61,198 bases of DNA from Clostridia bacterium (GTDB taxonomy: Bacteria > Bacillota > Clostridia > Christensenellales > CAG-138), in contig JAEDJH010000001.1 of assembly GCA_016296415.1 (NCBI GenBank), positions 1-61,198 on the forward strand. Direction: 5' to 3'. The notes under the pieces were generated by a model, which saw only the letters and a list, made by a program, of their open reading frames with translations, had not been told where the DNA came from and ran no database searches. Positions 57,428 through 61,198 of this stretch are shown piece by piece; position 1 is the first letter of the stretch, and every line of letters starts with the position of its first letter. A program made the position numbers and the translations under genes.

Positions 57428-57456
57428 AGTTTAACACAATGAGGTAATTCTTTCAA
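57428..57456 (-). promoter_or_regulatory. Promoter candidate for the PP-loop/EFR1 operon
   Basis: Minus strand reads TTGAAA, 17 nt, TGTTAAACT. Confidence 0.5.
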
Positions 57457-57706
57457 TATTGCCTTACGAGGCAACCCGATGCACCCATTTTTCGGCACCA
57501 AAAAAGTTATGTCATTCCATCGATCGGTTCCCTTACAGATATTAAGTTAAGCCTAATACGAGCATCATCGTAAAATAAAAAAGCAAGATAGACGCAATGA
57601 CTTGCATCCTCCTGCGTGTCTTTCCCTTTGGTCAAAGTTCCTGCACAGACCTTTCATAATTATCAAACGCTATTCATACCCCGCCCGGAAGCTTTGAAAT
57701 TAAAGC

Positions 57707-58006
57707 CTACAGCCGCTTGTTGAATGCCAATGATACTCCAAGGACAACAGCGGCAGCTCCTAAGATCGGAAACAGGATCAATAAAACGTCGCTTTCCTTT
57801 TTATGCACAGTTTCGGGCCGGCCTTCATAATAGAAAATCTCCAGCTTTTGACCTATCTCGTAGGTAGAGCTGCCCGTATTTAATTTGCCGGTAATTCTCC
57901 CGTCATCAGTCTCAAATTCAACGAAGGCTATGTACTCTGTCGGAAATTCGGAATCACCCGTTTTATGTTCTTCGATTTTAACGATCGCAGCAGATGTATA
58001 AATGCG
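57707..58006 (-). pseudogene. 5'-truncated remnant of a DUF3592-like membrane protein gene
   Basis: 99-codon open frame with no usable start. ..EYIAFVEFETDDGRITGKLNTGSSTYEIGQKLEIFYYEGRPETVH.. followed by a C-terminal TM (VLLILFPILGAAAVVLGVSLAF). The N-terminal TM segment and start codon are missing. Confidence 0.4.
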
Positions 58007-58039
58007 CTAACTGCGTTTTTGGAACGCAGTTGGTTTATG

Positions 58040-58432
58040 TTATTGTTTCATAATCAAGCCCTTTGCTTTTAATCTGATCAAATAGACGTATGCTAAAACT
58101 ACTCCAAGCAATCCAAACAGCGCATCTGCAATATCGGGTGTATTCAGTATTGGAAGAAAGATTTCATAAATAAAATTAAACGCAATAATCAAAAGTCCGA
58201 CAATCGTTATTGACTTTATCGTTCCCCCAAACACCAATACCCCAAAACCCAAGCATAGTAAAACCAGCAGCGATAAAGAAAAGTTTGTGATATGTAGGAG
58301 AATTGAATTTGGCAATAAAACTATATTGGGAGAAAGGTAACTTATCCAGCGAAGCATCATGAGTAGAAAGCATGCAATGACCATGCACAGATAGATTGCA
58401 ATATAGTGTTTCTTGACCTCATATTTTGCCAT
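58040..58432 (-). CDS. Small integral membrane protein (4 TM; possibly VanZ-like)
   Basis: 130 aa and very AT-rich. It has its own extended -10 (TGATATAAT) and GAGG SD. The C-terminal PDIADALFGLLGVVLAY is vaguely VanZ-like. Confidence 0.45.
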   Translation of the reverse strand: MAKYEVKKHYIAIYLCMVIACFLLMMLRWISYLSPNIVLLPNSILLHITNFSLSLLVLLCLGFGVLVFGGTIKSITIVGLLIIAFNFIYEIFLPILNTPDIADALFGLLGVVLAYVYLIRLKAKGLIMKQ

Positions 58433-58501
58433 ATACGCTTACCTCGTCAAATTCAATCCTGTCGAATAGATTATATCACTCGGTTATAGAAATTTCCAAC
58501 A

Positions 58502-58536
58502 TAAAAAGCACGATGGTTTCGTATCGAAATCACCGT
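58502..58536 (-). terminator. Terminator-like hairpin after the GGCT-like ORF
   Basis: Minus strand reads CACGGTGATTTCG-ATA-CGAAACCATCGTG (one mismatch, one G-U) followed by CTTTTTATG. Confidence 0.55.
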
Positions 58537-58623
58537 GAATTTTATGTCAGGGTATAATTACAGAACTTCTAAGTCGTAAACAATCAGCTTCGGTCACAAA
58601 GAGTTACACGGCAACACACCGCT

Positions 58624-59445
58624 TTATTCCATTGCGGCTTCAAGATACTTTATCGCTTTATGCTCATCAATACCGCACTCCTTGACAAGAGCATCCTTTA
58701 TGACACTATAGTATGCGTCTGAAGGAGCAGATGCCCTATCTCTGCTTTCAGCCGTAACTGTGTAAATCGGGATACCGCTTGTATCACAGCCGAGAAGTAT
58801 CAGATTGCCGTACCATTCTAAACCCTCCTGCTTCTGAACCTCAAGCATCTGCTCCCAAGTGATATTGTAGAGCCTCATATACACCGATCCGGTTCCGTTG
58901 TGATCGAAGAACGCAACCCCTCCTCCCCACTTGCTGCTTTCTTTCGCAAAATACAACTCTCCTTTATGTGATAAAAACCTGCTGTCAATCCAAAGCGTTT
59001 TATCCCGGCAGCCGGTATTCTGTATTTCAACGTCATGAAAGCACCGCTTTTCACCGTCAATATAACACCTAAACCTGGCTTCAAGCATATTCGATCCGTA
59101 GCAGGCATACCATACTCTGTCGCTGTTTTTCATATTCCATCTGCCGCCTTTGATCTCTTGTTCGTTTATCTCCTTTGCATAAACATAAATATAAGCGTTG
59201 AGGGTGCGGGATTCGTTTTCAACCAATGCCGTCCTTCTGTTATAAAGGCTGCCTTCGTCCTCGTATATATCCATATTCTTCAGCATGTCGAGGTCTATCT
59301 CGTAAACCTCGCCAAGCACCGCTGAACCGACTTTTGGTCGTATCCCGGGATACCGCCCGAAAGACAAAGCGTGCGTAACAGGCTCAGACAGCTTCAGGAA
59401 GAGGGTAAACAGAACTCTCAGCCGAAGCAGAGAAAGAAATCCCAA
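58624..59445 (-). CDS. Gamma-glutamylcyclotransferase (AIG2/GGCT)-like ORF: a 5'-truncated first domain fused in frame to a second YGSNM-type domain (possible pseudogene)
   Basis: TTG start. aa 28-90, FGRYPGIRPKVGSAVLGEVYEIDLDMLKNMDIYEDEGSLYNRR..AYIYVY, is the C-terminal half of an AIG2-like fold. From M105 (ATG 59133), MKNSDRVWYACYGSNMLEARF.. begins a second GGCT-like domain. Confidence 0.45.
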   Translation of the reverse strand: MGFLSLLRLRVLFTLFLKLSEPVTHALSFGRYPGIRPKVGSAVLGEVYEIDLDMLKNMDIYEDEGSLYNRRTALVENESRTLNAYIYVYAKEINEQEIKGGRWNMKNSDRVWYACYGSNMLEARFRCYIDGEKRCFHDVEIQNTGCRDKTLWIDSRFLSHKGELYFAKESSKWGGGVAFFDHNGTGSVYMRLYNITWEQMLEVQKQEGLEWYGNLILLGCDTSGIPIYTVTAESRDRASAPSDAYYSVIKDALVKECGIDEHKAIKYLEAAME

Positions 59446-59525
59446 GACAGGGACAGATAATCACGACATAGGAAATCAACACCGCAGGGCGACCTGCCTT
59501 GCGGTCTTACATATATCAGAGCATA

Positions 59526-59563
59526 CGAAAACACCCTGCAAGATTTTAGCCTTGCAGGGTGTT
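59526..59563 (-). terminator. Rho-independent terminator after the XRE-type gene
   Basis: Minus strand reads AACACCCTGCAAG-GCTAAAAT-CTTGCAGGGTGTT followed by TTCG. 13-bp perfect stem. Confidence 0.8.
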
Positions 59564-59579
59564 GCTAAAATAACTAAAC

Positions 59580-60581
59580 TTATGTCTTGTTGTTCTTAGA
59601 AATTTTCACGCATTTGTCCAACCACAAATTACACACAAGTTTTACGCCTGCGAACAAAACACCCGCAACTGGCCATACACCCCAAGTAATATGCCAATCA
59701 TTTGTTATAAAGCTCCAACATAGATAAATGGCAGTTGCCAAAAGCCAGTAAACCGTACCAACAGTTTCGCTGATTTTACTTTTACGTTTTCCTTTATCTG
59801 AAAACTCTCCTTCTCGAAGCAACTTTTGCATACTTGCCCATCGCTCTCCTGCAACAATAAAAAACATTGCACCGATTCCTGCTATCAGCATTGTAACGCA
59901 GAGTAAAATCACGGTAAGTAATGCATTTTCTGTAAATGCTCCACACAGGAGAGGGACAGGCGATAACACACAGGTACAAGCACCAATATAATTGTATTTC
60001 ACATAGGTACTTCGATATGCTTTCTGTCTATCTCTTGCAAGTCCGGTTACACCATACTCGGTTTCAAATGACTCTTTTTCAAGGAACTCATAAGGAGCAT
60101 TTTTGAATCCAACACGAATAAACATTATTACAGCAATCGCTACAATAGGAAAAATTAGAACTACACCAATTCCAACTGCCGCATTCTCAGATATAGGCAA
60201 TGAGGTAAGTTCGCTTGCAACGCTCAAAAGCAAAAGCGGAATAACCGACAAGATACATAAAAATGTTGCAATAGCTATTTTTACCGAAGCATCTTTCCTT
60301 TGTTCTAAATAATCGTTAGCTTCTGCGAGCGTAATTTTTCTAATCGGTGTATCACCCACGCCATCAGTAAATTCTTCGTCTTCGATTTCATCCTTTAGTA
60401 AGTAATCGGTTGTTACACCAAACAAGTTTCCAAGTTGAAGAATCTTTTCTAAATCCGGTGTGGTCTGTGCTGCCTCCCATTTGGATACTGCTTGACGGGA
60501 TACATTCATTTTCGCAGCAAGTTCCTCTTGTGACCATCCATTCTTTTTTCTAAGTCTGATTATCTTATCAGCTAAAATCAT
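59580..60581 (-). CDS. XRE-family HTH protein with a polytopic C-terminal membrane domain
   Basis: 333 aa from ATG 60581 (GGAGG 9 nt upstream). MILADKIIRLRKKNGWSQEELAAKMNVSRQAVSKWEAAQTTPDLEKILQLGNLFGVTTDYLL is an HTH_3 domain. About 6 TM segments follow. Confidence 0.8.
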   Translation of the reverse strand: MILADKIIRLRKKNGWSQEELAAKMNVSRQAVSKWEAAQTTPDLEKILQLGNLFGVTTDYLLKDEIEDEEFTDGVGDTPIRKITLAEANDYLEQRKDASVKIAIATFLCILSVIPLLLLSVASELTSLPISENAAVGIGVVLIFPIVAIAVIMFIRVGFKNAPYEFLEKESFETEYGVTGLARDRQKAYRSTYVKYNYIGACTCVLSPVPLLCGAFTENALLTVILLCVTMLIAGIGAMFFIVAGERWASMQKLLREGEFSDKGKRKSKISETVGTVYWLLATAIYLCWSFITNDWHITWGVWPVAGVLFAGVKLVCNLWLDKCVKISKNNKT

Positions 60582-60755
60582 CTTTCTATACCTCCACTTG
60601 ATAATACAGGTGGCATATCGCCATCTGATGAACCAAGTATAACTTTTTTGCGAGTTGCACACCACCAAACAGCAACTTGAAATTCGTCAACCGACGGTTG
60701 CATCGTGTGGTTTTATCTATTTTATCAAAAAAATACAGTTTTTTCTACCATCACT

Positions 60756-60788
60756 GAAAAATAGCGGCAGAGCGAATTCCTCTACCGC
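60756..60788 (-). terminator. Rho-independent terminator after the TnpV-like gene
   Basis: Minus strand reads GCGGTAGAG-GAATTCG-CTCTGCCGC followed by TATTTTT. Confidence 0.7.
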
Positions 60789-60796
60789 CTTTTCGG

Positions 60797-61126
60797 TTAG
60801 TTGTAAATTATATCGTGATTTACAACTTCTCTTGCACAAGCCTGTATGTTATTCATCAATCCTATCCATTCCATAGGCTGCTCTGCTTTTAACTGTTCTG
60901 TCACACCCTGCTTTTGAGCCATTTCCTCAATCAATCTATGGAACATTTGCTCCGCCTGTTGGTTAATATCCGCAAGATAGAGGTTAAGTGTCCCCTCAAT
61001 CAGCATTGTGGTGTAAACAATGTGCCTATGCTCTTTCAGATACTGCTTGTGCGGTGTATGCCTTGCCGCAACAGCCTGTGCCAGCTTCCATGTCTCTTTA
61101 AACTCTTCTTCGTTTCGTACCCGCAC
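60797..61126 (-). CDS. tnpV: TnpV-like transposon-associated protein
   Basis: GTG start (AAGAGG upstream). YLKEHRHIVYTTMLIEGTLNLYLADINQQAEQMFHRLIEEMAQKQGVTEQLKAEQPMEWIGLMNNIQACAREVVNHDIIY closely follows the TnpV pattern of Tn4451-type elements as I recall it. The N-terminus looks shorter or divergent. Confidence 0.7.
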   Translation of the reverse strand: MRVRNEEEFKETWKLAQAVAARHTPHKQYLKEHRHIVYTTMLIEGTLNLYLADINQQAEQMFHRLIEEMAQKQGVTEQLKAEQPMEWIGLMNNIQACAREVVNHDIIYN

Positions 61127-61198
61127 ATCACCGCCTCTTTCTGTTTAACTGATTGGTCGATTAGTTATAACACGGGCATATGGAAAACACAAGATGTA

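Larger units (their letters stand above)
57398..61198. mobile_element. Putative decayed integrated-element segment (boundaries undefined; runs off the window)
   Basis: AT-rich by eye. It holds a TnpV-like gene, an XRE-type regulator, two truncated gene remnants, and monocistronic units each with its own promoter and terminator. No integrase, att repeat or tRNA is visible inside the window. Confidence 0.3.

Noticed and set aside
1-61198. Looked for CRISPR arrays, tRNA/rRNA genes, IS elements with terminal inverted repeats, retron/DGR-type reverse transcriptases and toxin-antitoxin pairs.
   Set aside because: I noticed no regularly spaced direct repeats, cloverleaf-like segments, transposase or RT-like ORFs, or small adjacent gene pairs with TA character. 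This was a by-eye scan only, so short or degenerate elements could have been missed.

Overview
This 61.2-kb chromosomal window reads like a Clostridia-class Firmicute. That is an inference from gene order, GGAGG Shine-Dalgarno sites, and a THF riboswitch whose conserved cores closely match the [Eubacterium] siraeum type sequence as I remember it. I count about 57 protein-coding genes and saw no rRNA, tRNA or CRISPR array.

Gene content, left to right:
- topA-trmFO-hslVU
- an SH3b/SleB-type lipoprotein
- a nucleotidyltransferase fused to a degenerate phosphohexomutase fold
- trmL and mntP
- a Xer-like recombinase
- a small Cys-rich ORF plus rnhA, divergent from lexA and sharing a LexA-box-like palindrome
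- a YnbB-like PLP enzyme, then hfq-miaA-mutL-mutS-miaB
- a NuoE / GHKL-ATPase / 2Fe-2S ferredoxin / NuoF-type operon with no catalytic hydrogenase gene
- mrdA-mreD-mreC
- a THF riboswitch followed by folT-mtaD
- a SPOR protein
- a five-gene DRTGG / RsbW-like ATPase / sensory-type [FeFe]-hydrogenase homologue / DRTGG / PHP cluster
- a membrane protein, an MBL hydrolase and a degenerate PP-loop protein
- radC
- a beta-helix-like lipoprotein plus a repeat protein
- htrA, tsf-rpsB, and thiI plus a cysteine desulfurase
- mcsA-mcsB-clpC, with no ctsR and with the McsB catalytic signature residues replaced
- a glycerate kinase with an extra N-terminal region

The five-gene DRTGG / hydrogenase-homologue cluster is my best candidate for an uncharacterised signalling system.

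From about 51.2 kb to the end, every gene is on the minus strand and the region looks accessory. It holds an MBL lipoprotein, a UMF1-type MFS transporter, a GNAT gene interrupted by an in-frame TAG, and an orphan operon (PseA-like PP-loop enzyme, EFR1-type flavodoxin/ferredoxin, ArsB/NhaD-type permease). Beyond that lies an AT-rich stretch with gene remnants, an XRE-type membrane regulator and a TnpV-like gene.

All assignments come from reading the translations and DNA by eye. No database search was run.
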